NCBI GenBank assembly: GCA_963771175.1
Contig: CAVYSY010000052.1
Location: forward strand, 225,834 to 289,833
Length of the DNA: 64,000 nt
Source: an uncultured delta proteobacterium
GTDB taxonomy: Bacteria; Myxococcota; Myxococcia; Myxococcales; Myxococcaceae
Direction of reading: 5' to 3'
A model generated the notes under the pieces. The model did no database searches, was not told the DNA's origin, and saw only the letters and a program-made list of their open reading frames with translations. Position 1 is the stretch's first letter. Each line of letters begins with the position of its first letter. Shown piece by piece: positions 10,904 to 20,966 of this stretch. Both the position numbers and the translations under genes were made by a program.

Positions 10904-11716
10904 CTACGGAGTGGAGGCCGGCATGCAACCCCACTGCTTCAGGTCCTCGGAGACCGTGGTGCATCGCCATCCCTTGCCACAGGAATCCAGGTCGAGTGGA
11001 TCGCACCGGCTGAAGCACGTGCTCACGGTGGCGCTCCCCATTCCGCAAATCTGACCGCCGGGGCAGCTGTCCGCCAGCAGCGGATTGCAGATGCGCGCGC
11101 ACCAGAAGACTCCGTGAGCCCGAATCACCTCCGCGTTACAGCGTTCGCCCGGGCCACACGGCGTTTCGGGACAGTCCCCCTGGATGCGCGCGAGGCATCG
11201 GTATTCGGAGTCGCCGAGGCGTTTGCACCGTTCTCCCCGAGGACAGCCGAGCTTCCGGCAGTCCGCATGGCACGCCGGGCCATCGAGGGAATCCTCACAC
11301 GAATGTCCATCGGGACAGCTCAACGGCTCATCCAGCCGACAACGCACGCCACATGTCCCGGAGAGGCACACCAGCCCCTCCCGACAAGCCCCCCCCGGAG
11401 AGACGTACCCGAAATCGCATGGCTCTCCTTCTCCGCGTTCACCCTCGGGCGTGCAGCGGCGGACGACCACGCCCGTGGCCCCGGTGGTCACCGCACGGCA
11501 GACGGAGCCAGGGAAGCAATGCACGTCCTCCTCGCATTCCGAGGCCATGCACTCGAAGCGGCGGGTCTCTCGATTTCCCACACACCCCTGCCCCGGCGGA
11601 CAGTCGCCATCGATACGGCAACTCCCACAATTGAAGAACGTCCCCGCCTCATTCCACGTGCAGCGAAAGGCGGAGGCGGGAAGACCATCTGGCGTGTGGT
11701 TTCCTTTTTCCCGGGC
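10904..11716 (-). CDS. Cysteine-rich repeat protein; 5' end truncated or frameshifted
   Basis: Repeated C..CPxGxxC motifs; the reading frame stays open upstream of the GTG at 11581 (CGSCRIDGDCPPGQGC) until a stop near 11717-11719. Confidence 0.6.
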   Translation of the reverse strand, partial: AREKGNHTPDGLPASAFRCTWNEAGTFFNCGSCRIDGDCPPGQGCVGNRETRRFECMASECEEDVHCFPGSVCRAVTTGATGVVVRRCTPEGERGEGEPCDFGYVSPGGACREGLVCLSGTCGVRCRLDEPLSCPDGHSCEDSLDGPACHADCRKLGCPRGERCKRLGDSEYRCLARIQGDCPETPCGPGERCNAEVIRAHGVFWCARICNPLLADSCPGGQICGMGSATVSTCFSRCDPLDLDSCGKGWRCTTVSEDLKQWGCMPASTP

Positions 11717-11997
11717 TCACCACTACAAGGGCAGAACCGGTGCGGTGCCGTTCGTCCCAGTTCCGCATGGCGGACAAGCTGCGTCGTTGCGTGCCGTACC
11801 GGGCCGGCTGACACGCACGTTCTCGCCTTCCGCACCGGCGGGAACGAAGGCTCCACGGCTCCATTGAGTCGCCCAGATGGCTTGAATGGTCGGAATCACC
11901 CGTCCGAGGAATCTGGTCGCATTCGCCAGCTTTTTCTCGACTGTCCGCATTTGTCGAAGGTGACCGCTAGAGTGGGAATCCCCCATCGGAGGCGCTG

Positions 11998-13326
11998 ATG
12001 ACGTCCACGCTGCTGCTGCTGCTGCTGCTCTCCCAGGAGGAAGGGCCTGACAACCCACCCGCTGGGGCCACGGAGCCACCGCTGTCGGCCTCCCCGGCAG
12101 GAAAGTGGCGATACCTGGCGCGAATGGAGGCCTCCGGACTGGCGCTGCTGCCGCGGGCGGGCGCGGGCGCGGAGGAAGCCTTCGCGCAGGTGGAGCCCAC
12201 GCTCATTCTCGACGGTGGGGCGGAGCTCGGCCTCAACCTCGGTGCCCCCGTGCGGCTGCGCCTAGGGCGCGGCGGTGAGGGCGCGGGCCTCGTCCGCCGG
12301 GAGGACTGGGACAGCCTCTCGGACTGGGGGCAACTCGTCCGCGGCCTCAAGCTGGGCTCGGACAACGCGCCCGTGGCCCTCTGGGTGGGCGGGCTGGAGG
12401 GCTACAGCCTCCTCTCCGCGCACCTGGTGCGCCGCTACTCCAACCGGGCCAACCCGGACTACCACCCGGCGGGCGCCTTCCTCACCGGCACGCTGGGGCC
12501 CCTCTACGCCGAGGCCTTCGCCTCGGACGTGCTGGGCGCGCGGCTGCTGGGCGCGGAGGTGGCGCTGGACGTGCAGCACCTCCTCCTTGGCCAACCCAGG
12601 CAGCGCGGGCGCTACACGCTGGCACTGTCCGCCGTGCATGACTGGGGCAGGGCCGGAGGGCAGGCACCCCCGGTGACGCTGGCGCATGTGGACGGGACGG
12701 CGGTGGTGGTGGTGCGCCCGGGCTTCGAGGCGCACGTGCTCGCCGGCTGGGGCGGACGGCCGGGCCAGGGCGGCGCGTGGGGCGCCGTGGTGGGGGCTGG
12801 CGCGGATACGGTGACGCCCACCCTGGACATGACGCTGCGGCTGGAGGTGCGCAGGCAGCACGGGGGCTTTCGCCAGGGGTACTTCGGCCCGAACTACGAG
12901 TTGGCGCGCTTCCGGGCGGTGGGCCCCGAGGGCGTGCCTGTGGCCGAGGCGCCCTTCCCCGACGGCTTCTCCCTCTACGCTGAGGCGGTGGTGGGGTGGG
13001 ACTCCGTGCGCTACGGCGGGCTGCAGAAGCACTTGCAGCTTTCGCTCGCCGCCGAGGCCTTCACCTGGGGCCGCTTCGACGTGGACGGGCGCGTGGCGGT
13101 GCAGCTCTTCGGCCGCGGCCTCGAGGTGGCCGTGAAGGGCCTCGCGGTGGGCATGGGGCAGCCTGGGGCGCGCTACCTGGGCGCGGCGGAGGTGCGCTGG
13201 CGCTTCCTCGGGGGGCGCCTGTACGCGCTGGGCACGGCCGGCACGCTGCTGTTTCCGGAAGGCGGGGGCGCGCTGCGCCCGGGCGCCTTCGTTTCCATGG
13301 GCCTGGGGGTGGACAATGCGCGCTGA
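11998..13326 (+). CDS. Outer-membrane beta-barrel-like accessory protein (SitB-like) preceding a lipoprotein toxin
   Basis: Poly-Leu signal peptide; alternating amphipathic strands; 3' end overlaps the toxin start by 11 nt. Confidence 0.6.
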   Translation: MTSTLLLLLLLSQEEGPDNPPAGATEPPLSASPAGKWRYLARMEASGLALLPRAGAGAEEAFAQVEPTLILDGGAELGLNLGAPVRLRLGRGGEGAGLVRREDWDSLSDWGQLVRGLKLGSDNAPVALWVGGLEGYSLLSAHLVRRYSNRANPDYHPAGAFLTGTLGPLYAEAFASDVLGARLLGAEVALDVQHLLLGQPRQRGRYTLALSAVHDWGRAGGQAPPVTLAHVDGTAVVVVRPGFEAHVLAGWGGRPGQGGAWGAVVGAGADTVTPTLDMTLRLEVRRQHGGFRQGYFGPNYELARFRAVGPEGVPVAEAPFPDGFSLYAEAVVGWDSVRYGGLQKHLQLSLAAEAFTWGRFDVDGRVAVQLFGRGLEVAVKGLAVGMGQPGARYLGAAEVRWRFLGGRLYALGTAGTLLFPEGGGALRPGAFVSMGLGVDNAR

Positions 13327-14862
13327 CTCGTCAGGGGCGAAGGGGACGGGGCTGTTGCTCGCCCTGGCCCTCCTGTCCAACGCCTGTGTGTCGCTGACGC
13401 CACCGCCTGGCCCGGGGCGGAGCCTGCGCTACACCCCGCACGACGCCACCGGGCCCGCCGTGGCCGGAGGGGCGGGCGAGGTGTCGCCGCTCGTCCTCGA
13501 CTCCCAGCCGCCCTCCCCGCCTGCGCCCGAGGCACCGGAGCGGCTGCACCGTCGCCGCGGCTCCCGGGAGGCGGTGACGGGGGCCGGCCCTGGCAGCGCC
13601 GACGCCACAGTGTGGCAGGGCGCTCTCGCTGCCCACCTGTCCTTTCGCAAGGGCGTGGGCGAGGTGTCCGGCACCACCCGCCGCCTCTCCCGCGAGCTCT
13701 CCAGGCTCAGGGCCAGCCACTTCGGCATCGCTGGCGGGGCCAACGGCCTCTTCGTCCCCTACGTCGACTACGGCGAAGCTCAGTTGCGGTGGATTGACGC
13801 CGAGCTCGCCGCCGCCACGGAGCTGGCCGCCGAGGCCTCGGAGGTGGAGGACCCGGACATGCAGCTCGCCCTGCTGCGCCTCGCCGGCCCACGGCTGGAG
13901 GCCGCCATGCTGGGCTCCATGCTGCTGGCCGTGTGGTTCGACTTCCTCAACCTCACCGACGCCTCGCTCTCCCGGAACCTCTACAGCGTGGAGACGCTCT
14001 ACGTGAAGATGGACGACTGGCAGAAGATGCTGGAGCCCTCCATGGCCGCACTCTCGTCCGTGGAGCCGGAGCAGGTGGAGTCAGCGGTGGAGGACATGCC
14101 CGCCCTGGTAGGCCACCTCACGGACGAGTTCTCCGCGGTCCTCGAGGCCATTCACAAGGGGCAGAAAGTCCTCGCGACGGTGCTGGTGCTGAAGGAGTCC
14201 ATGGAGGCGCTCACCACAATGTCGGTGCTGAAGTTCACGTTGCCCGCGCTGCGCGCGGCTACTCCCGCCATGCTCGGCGCGAGCCTCATGGCGGGCACCG
14301 AGGGGTTGATGATGGGGACGCGGATTGTGGTGTCCGCCGAGTGGGTGGAGATGATGCGCCAGTTGGTGCGCGCGGGCGTCCTCTCCGTGCCCGCCGTCAG
14401 CGCCATTGTGCGGATTCAGGCCGGCCAGGTGATGATGGCGCAGGGGCACGGCGACCTCCCGCGGGGCGTGCGCGACGCGCTGGGCGATGCGCCCGAGGTG
14501 CGGGCCATGCGCGTGACGGGCAAAACGGGCGCCGGCATGGCCGAGCGCCCTCGTCACCACGTCATGCCGAAGGAGTTCCGCGAGTGGTTCGAGAAGCGCG
14601 GCTTCACCGGCAAGATGAGCATCGACTGGTTCTGCGTCACGCTGCAGCAGGCACACCACCAGGCGATTCACGGCGGTGGACGACTGGAAGCTGGGACGCA
14701 CATGGCCCGGCGAATGGAACCGGATGTTCATGGAGGCGCTGTACGAGGCCGAGGCCAAGGCTGGCCGGATGTTGACGCGGAACGAGGTCTTGAAGATCGT
14801 AGCGGAGCTATATGAAGTTCTACGACATCCCGATGAACTTCGTCCGCTGTCGTGGGAAATGA
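13316..14862 (+). CDS. DUF2380-type lipoprotein polymorphic toxin (SitA-like), copy 1; frameshifts near 14678 and 14810
   Basis: Lipobox LSNAC; C-terminal HHVMPKEFREWFEKRG..AHHQAIHGGG His-rich putative nuclease; colinear with the paralog at 20967. Confidence 0.75.
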
Positions 14863-14865
14863 GCG

Positions 14866-15338
14866 ATGACCGACGGACGTTCCTGGGAGGGTAACTGGAG
14901 GGTGCGCCTGTACGAGCGGGTCCGCGAGCGAGGTTACGACTCGCTCACCGCCTTCGCCGAGGCGCGCCCCACTGCTTCGCTGATGGCTGCTGGCCGAGGA
15001 GCTTGGGTCCGGACGACATCGCCGGAGTGCAGGTGTTCAGCGGGTTGCTCGCCGAGGCGGAGCGACGCCACCAGGTCACACGCTTCGTGCGCGATCTGCT
15101 CGTGCGCGATGTGGCGAGAGTCTTCCCGACGGCTGGCCGGCCGTGCTCGACGACGCGAACCGCTTCAAGGTCGCCAAGGCGCTCGGCACGTGGACCGCCG
15201 ACACCCCAGAAACCCACAAGGAGCGCGTCAGGCAGGCCCGGGCGAGCGCTCCGCGCCACGCCACCGCCGCCCGGCTGGCGCCCGCTCGGGCCCGACGACG
15301 AGCTGCTGCTGACGCTCCTGCCCGACGAAGCAGCCTAG
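14866..15338 (+). CDS. Putative cognate immunity protein; frameshifted
   Basis: WEGNWRVRLYERVRERG..PPPGWRPLGPDDELLLTLLPDE; directly downstream of the toxin; paralog of 22499 and 22991. Confidence 0.7.
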
Positions 15339-15382
15339 CTTCAAGCCTCGGGCGAGCCGGGCCGTGCGGCTGACAGCGCCCG

Positions 15383-16324
15383 CTACTGGGGAAACGTCAC
15401 GTTGCCAAGAGTGACGGCGCGCTGCCGCTCCGCGTCCCAGAGGATGAGGGTGTACGTACCCGGGGCTCCTTCTCCGTGGCCAGTACCTCCACCACGACGC
15501 GGCCCCGCTTGCCCTCGGCGCCTGGGGTGGGAGGGAGGATCGGCTCGGACGGCCAGAGCGGGAGCGGCTTCAACACCTCGTCCTTGGCGCTACGCAAGAC
15601 CGCACCCGCCGCCGTCCAGGGCGTCGTGCCCGGATTAAGAGAAGTATACCTCCACCGCCACCCGCCTGGCGCGGTAGCTGGCGACGCGGTCTTTGGCGAG
15701 GGCGTTGCCTTCCTTTTCTGTGACGTCGTTCGACAAGTCCTTGACGGCAACCCCCCTGCCGCCAGCTACCAAGCCGGAGGCGATGGCGCCCCTCAGTCCG
15801 TCCGGCACGCCGCGTTCGGCGCGGAGCTGCTGAACCTCAACCCGCAGGCTCCGAGCCTCATCCTGGGCCTCCTTCGCGACTTGCTGGTAGTAGGCCACCG
15901 GGCGCGGTTGGCGGAACACCGCTGCACCTGATGCATCCCGAGCCCGGGATGCACCACGAGCACGAAGGAGGCGCACGCCGGGGCGGCACCGTCCGCGAAG
16001 CAGACTTCCAGTTCGGAGCGCTTGCCCGCGACCAGGTTGTCGCGAGGGACCAGCGCGAAGGTCTGCTGCCCCGCGGACCAATCCTCGAACCAACCCCGGT
16101 CCTCGATTTTCAGGGACTGCTGCTGGAGCGCGGAGTCGAAGCGAAAGGTAATGGGCAGGCCGGGGCTGAGACACACCACGGGCGGCCTTCCCCCAGGCGT
16201 GGCGGACAGCTCGATGCGCGGGCTCGCCGACTGCGCACTCGTCCGCGGAGGGAGCCGCGGAAACTTCGGCGGGAGTGGACAGGAGCGCCAGCGCCAGGAG
16301 GCCGGAGGGGGATGCGAGGAGCAC
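15383..16324 (-). CDS. DUF2381-family protein; frameshifted
   Basis: Signal peptide; VCLSPGLPITFRFDS, VCFADGAAP, VPDGLRGAIASGL, GTYTLILWD..TLGNVTFPQ*. Confidence 0.7.
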
Positions 16325-16437
16325 GGGAAATCAACCTCGAAAGAGGCGCGGGGAGTCGCCCCGGAAGCATGGGCCTCTACCACACCTCCGCGATCCCTGT
16401 GCCCGGCCTCCGCCGCCAGCCGAACCCAGGCACCGCC

Positions 16438-18666
16438 CTATTCGAAGCGCTCCACCGCCCGGACGTCCGCTGCGAGAGAAGACGACAGCGGAATCAGGAC
16501 CGCCGTCCCGCTGGATCTTGACGCCACGATCGCGTCCGGTACCGAAGCTCCAAGCAGACCGAGTACGTCTGCCCGCCCCGCGATCTGGCTTGCCTGGCCT
16601 GAGTGAAGCGACCGTAGACGCGGTCCTGCCCAAAGATGAGCCGGCCGGAGAGGACGGTGCCCGCCTTCAGCGTCCCCAGGTCGTCCAGCAGCGTGAACGT
16701 GGTGAACTCGTTCACGGGGACGGGCTTGGAGCCGCCGACGACGGGGAATGTGGCCGGCGGCCTCGTCGTCAATGTCGATGTCCAGCTCCTTCATGGTGGC
16801 CAGGGCCTTGGCGGAGCAGTCCTCGGGCTTGGGCATGGGGCGCACCGGGGGCGTACCCGCGCAGGCGCCGAGGACGGCGCAGCAGGCGGCGCCGACGCAC
16901 TTCTCCACGAAACGGGCGCGCATGCCCTTGCGCTGTAGCTGAGGAGCGGGCGTCTCTTCGGGCCTCGAGGGGGAGTCTTCCTTGCGAAGCATGGTGGCGA
17001 ATCCGGGCGCGGGGGTGGGGGCCAGGTAGAAGGCCGCGCCCACCCCAGCTTCACGCCTCTCCTGGGAACTCGCCACTTCACGGACGGCACAGAACGGCGC
17101 AGCAGGGCCCGCTCGCAGCGACTCGACAGGTGGTGAAGGCGAAACCACCGACCGCGCCGTGGAAGACGAGCCGGGCGCCGGGCGCGTATGCACCACCCAC
17201 GCGCCAGCGCTCGCCAGGGCCAGCGCCCCCACCGCCACCACGAAGAGCGCGGCGGGCCGGAGGGACGCCACCGCTACGGCGCGCACTGGAAACATCCCGA
17301 AGCTCGTGGGGAAGACGCGCGCGAGGGCCCGACGGAGGGGGGCGCGCGCCTTCCGCGAAGGCCCAGGCCGTGCGAGGCCCGGCGCCCGCCGTGGAGCGGG
17401 TTCCGCCCTGGCGGCAGCGGGGACTCCAGGCGGCGCAGACGGCGGGGCGGACTCGGGCACCGGAGGCGGCAGGCCCTCCCAGGCGTGTTGCGGCGCCACC
17501 TCCGCCAACACCGCCACGAGGGCCTCGGCTGGCGAGGCCGCGGCCCGCGCCACCTTCGCGGGGGCAGGAGGCTCGGCCAGCTTCGCTGGCAGGGGGGCGG
17601 GGACGGCCGGAGTGCCGTCGCTCTCCCGCACCGGCTGCGGCTTCTGGGCGGCCTTGCGTCCACGCCGGGGACGGTCCGCCTTCCACGCGAGGCCCGCCTG
17701 CGCCTCCCCTGCCGGGGGCCCCATGCCGGGAACCTTCACCGTGGGCGTCGCGTCCGGCGCATCCGGGTCCATCAGCGGCACGTCCCAGCGCGCGTCCCCG
17801 TCCGCCGCGGCGAGGGCCGCGTCCAGGGCGCCACACAGCTCCACGTAGTCGGAAAAGCGCGCCTCCCTCCCCTTCTCCAACATGCGCATGCACACGGCGC
17901 TCAAAGCCGGGGGCACGCGCGGGTTGCGCTCGTGAGGCGCGGGCGGTGTCTGGGTGTGAATCCTGTCGTAGAGGCCCCCTTCAGCGCGGTGGCCGAAGGG
18001 CAGCACATCGGTGAGGAGCCAGTAGAGGGTGACGCCGAGGGCCCACAGCTCGTCGCCCACGTCGGGCCGATAGCCCGCCTTGCCCTGGGAGGTGTCCTGC
18101 GCATGGCGGACGAATTCGGGCGCGCGGTACTCGTCCGTCCCGGGCAGGTAGCGCTCGCCGGTGATGGTGGGCTCGCCCGCCAGGTAGCCAATGCCGAAAT
18201 CCACGAGGACAGGCCGCCCATCCGAGTCGCGAATGAGGATGTTCTCCCGCTTCAAGTCCCGGTGCAGCACCCCCTGCTTGAGAATCTCGGCGAGCGCGAG
18301 CGCCACCTCGAGCAGGACGCGCACCACCTGGCGCGCGGTGGGGTTCTCCTCCAGCGCCCACTGCTCGAGCGTCCGGCCCACGACGAGGTCCATGATGAAG
18401 CACAGGTAGCCGTGGTCCGGGTCCGGCCACCTGTCGCACGCCCGGAAGCGGACGACGTTCTCGTGCACCACGTGCCGGAGGATGGTGATTTCCCGCTGGC
18501 CCCAGCTCTCCAGCTCGCGGGCGCGGATGACCTTCATGGCGAAGGAGCGGCCCGCGCGCTCCACCTTGTAGACGAAGCCGAAACCACCGTCGCCCAGCTT
18601 CTCCTCCACACGGTAGTCCCCCACCATGTCACCGTACTCAGGGGGCTTGAAGGGCGGGGCATGCAT
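16438..18666 (-). CDS. Hanks-type Ser/Thr protein kinase with Pro/Ala linker, TM segment and C-terminal domain; frameshifts near the 3' end
   Basis: LGDGGFGFVY, FAMK, HRDLKRENI, DFG and YRAPE all intact. Confidence 0.9.
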   Translation of the reverse strand: MHAPPFKPPEYGDMVGDYRVEEKLGDGGFGFVYKVERAGRSFAMKVIRARELESWGQREITILRHVVHENVVRFRACDRWPDPDHGYLCFIMDLVVGRTLEQWALEENPTARQVVRVLLEVALALAEILKQGVLHRDLKRENILIRDSDGRPVLVDFGIGYLAGEPTITGERYLPGTDEYRAPEFVRHAQDTSQGKAGYRPDVGDELWALGVTLYWLLTDVLPFGHRAEGGLYDRIHTQTPPAPHERNPRVPPALSAVCMRMLEKGREARFSDYVELCGALDAALAAADGDARWDVPLMDPDAPDATPTVKVPGMGPPAGEAQAGLAWKADRPRRGRKAAQKPQPVRESDGTPAVPAPLPAKLAEPPAPAKVARAAASPAEALVAVLAEVAPQHAWEGLPPPVPESAPPSAPPGVPAAARAEPAPRRAPGLARPGPSRKARAPLRRALARVFPTSFGMFPVRAVAVASLRPAALFVVAVGALALASAGAWVVHTRPAPGSSSTARSVVSPSPPVESLRAGPAAPFCAVREVASSQERREAGVGAAFYLAPTPAPGFATMLRKEDSPSRPEETPAPQLQRKGMRARFVEKCVGAACCAVLGACAGTPPVRPMPKPEDCSAKALATMKELDIDIDDEAAGHIPRRRRLQARPRERVHHVHAAGRPGDAEGGHRPLRPAHLWAGPRLRSLHSGQASQIAGRADVLGLLGASVPDAIVASRSSGTAVLIPLSSSLAADVRAVERFE

Positions 18667-18859
18667 GGGAGTGAGGCGTCCTCCTGGCTCGAAAAACCAG
18701 CATGGCATGGGAGGAGGCACCGTGCCGCCGCGGGAGGCCGCGCGCGTGCCACGGCTCCCCTCTTGGGCTGTCGCCGGAGCCAGGGGTAGCGCACACCGGA
18801 ACCCCTCCGGAACGGGTGCGGCTCGGCCCCTGGCCCCGGCTCCAACTCGTGAGGCGCGG

Positions 18860-19234
18860 TTACTCGTCGGCCGGGCCCTCCAACACCTTCGCCACGCGCA
18901 TCAGCCGTTTCACTTCCCCGGGGCGCCACCCGCGCAACATGCGCACGAGCTGCCGCAGCTCCGGGGAGAGGCTGCCCTCCGGGGTTGGTGCCTCCAGGGA
19001 GAGAGCCACGTCCGCCCTGCTCAACTCCAGCAGCACGTCGGCGGAGATGCCGAGGGCGAGGGCCATCTTCCGCAGCGTGGGGACGGACGGCATCATGCCG
19101 CCGCGTTCAATGCGTCCGTAGACGTTGGGAGCAAGGCAGGCCTGCTTCGCCACCTGGGCCTGGGTGAGCCCCAGCCGCTCACGTGCCATGCGGCAAACGT
19201 TACCGAGGGACTTCTGGAGGTGTGGGGGTTCCAT
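18860..19234 (-). CDS. XRE-family HTH transcriptional regulator
   Basis: RERLGLTQAQVA..YGRIERG..PSVPTLRKMALALGISADVLL. Confidence 0.9.
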   Translation of the reverse strand: MEPPHLQKSLGNVCRMARERLGLTQAQVAKQACLAPNVYGRIERGGMMPSVPTLRKMALALGISADVLLELSRADVALSLEAPTPEGSLSPELRQLVRMLRGWRPGEVKRLMRVAKVLEGPADE

Positions 19235-19254
19235 GGAGGGCGTGGCGAGCGGGC

Positions 19255-20433
19255 TCAGTGGACACCGCCGGGCTCGTCGGACTTCAGGTCCGGGGGCACG
19301 GGAAGGACGCCCTGCTCCACGTCCACATGAGCCGCCAGCTTCCGCAGGTCGGAGGCTTCCTTGAGGATTTCACTCATCTCCGCCTCGGCCTCCTTCGCAC
19401 CGTAGGTCCGGCCTGGACGGGCGTGGAGGAAGTCGCGCAGGTCGTAGCGCATGTCGTCGGCCGACGGGTAGCGCTCGGCGGGGTTGGGCCGCAGCGCCCT
19501 CGTCACCACCTTGCGCAGGGGCCCGGGCAGCTCCCTGGCCGCGCGCTCCACCTCGTCCGGGCCGAAGTGCAGCACGCGGTTGGCGAGCGTCTCCAACGGC
19601 AGCAGCGTGGAGCGCTCGGCGCGTACCTCGGGAGGGAAGCGCTCCTCGAGGTCCTCCCACAACTGGTCGGGAGGGTCCAAGGGGTAGCGGGAGAGCAACA
19701 TCTCCAGCAGCACCAGGCCGAGGGAGAAGATGTCGGCCCGGCCGTCCAGTTTTCGGGGCGTGAGCAGGTCCCTCTGCCGAGCCTCCGGCTTGAGGAAGCC
19801 GAGGAGGATTTCCGGGGCGATGTAGGCCGGGTCTCCCCGAAGCAGCCCGTGCCGCGTGGGAATCCGTCCGAGCAGCTCCGCGTAGGCGGCGCCGAAGTTG
19901 GTGAGCTTGACGCGACCACTCGCCCCCAGGCGGATGCGCATGGGGCCCACGGCGCGGTGGACGAGCTTGAGGGGGTTGCCGTCCTCGTCCTCACAGCGGT
20001 GCGCGTAGTCGAGGGCGGCGGCCACCTCGGCGGCGACGTACGCCGAGAAGTCGGGACTCAGCTTGCGCCCCACCAACCAGGCCGCGTCCATGAGGGTGAG
20101 CAGGAAGCAGCCGCGCAGGTGCTCCATGACGATGGAGGGCTGCTCATCCCACACCACGTACCCGTACACGGTGGCGATGTTGGGGTGACGCAGGACCTTG
20201 GAGAGACTCACCTCCTCCAAGGCCCGGTGCCTCGCCTCACGCCCGTGCTCCATGACGATGGGCTTGAGGACGACGAGCTTCGCTCCTCCCCCCTGGAGGG
20301 GCTCTCGCGTGGCGAGCAGGAGGGTGTCGTAGTCGGGGTGGACGACGAGGGGACGCACCACCTCGTAGCGGAAGTCGCCCACCTGGAAGGGCTGGTGGGG
20401 CTTGAGTCCGCCGGGATTCTTCGGCTCGGACAT
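19255..20433 (-). CDS. Ser/Thr kinase-fold pseudokinase
   Basis: VVLK, LRHPNI and YIAPE present; HRD is HRA, DFG is NFG, no Gly-rich loop. Confidence 0.85.
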   Translation of the reverse strand: MSEPKNPGGLKPHQPFQVGDFRYEVVRPLVVHPDYDTLLLATREPLQGGGAKLVVLKPIVMEHGREARHRALEEVSLSKVLRHPNIATVYGYVVWDEQPSIVMEHLRGCFLLTLMDAAWLVGRKLSPDFSAYVAAEVAAALDYAHRCEDEDGNPLKLVHRAVGPMRIRLGASGRVKLTNFGAAYAELLGRIPTRHGLLRGDPAYIAPEILLGFLKPEARQRDLLTPRKLDGRADIFSLGLVLLEMLLSRYPLDPPDQLWEDLEERFPPEVRAERSTLLPLETLANRVLHFGPDEVERAARELPGPLRKVVTRALRPNPAERYPSADDMRYDLRDFLHARPGRTYGAKEAEAEMSEILKEASDLRKLAAHVDVEQGVLPVPPDLKSDEPGGVH

Positions 20434-20966
20434 GGGAGGCTCCTGGGAGTCAGTACTCGTCCAACTCCGCGAGCGCACCGCGCGTGGATGCATACGCCGG
20501 GGGCGGCGTGTTGCTGGCGCACGCCAGGGGATACAGCCACGCGAGGAAGACGGCGACAAACAGGCCCGGCGAGAGACGGGCGGAACCCATGGACAGACGA
20601 CTCCCCTTCCGGCGCGAAAGAGCTTCGCTCGGCACGATGGCACCTCCAGAGCACCAATGACTTGGATTTGGCTGACGACCAGACAGGTAGCACAGCCCAA
20701 CGAAGGAGGGAAGCCCTGTCCAACCACGGAGGTCATCCAAACGGGCCAACCCGTCAGAGCGGCAGATGCCTGTTTTCACGCGAGGAGCGCCAGCCTCGGC
20801 GACTTGGAATCGATAAGTCAGGCCAGCCAGCCTGACTTCGTACGTTGGTCGCCACGCAAGCTTGAAAGCATGAAGCTCCCGGTGCATTCCGCATCGGGCG
20901 CGGCGCGCACCCCTTGATGGTAGGAAGGCGCCACCATGGCTCGCCTGACCCTGCCCCCACCATCCA

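Noticed and set aside
14866..15338. NUDIX hydrolase call for the immunity family
   Set aside because: No NUDIX box visible; position indicates immunity
18773..18840. SRP RNA or tRNA
   Set aside because: Lacks the SRP domain IV consensus and any cloverleaf
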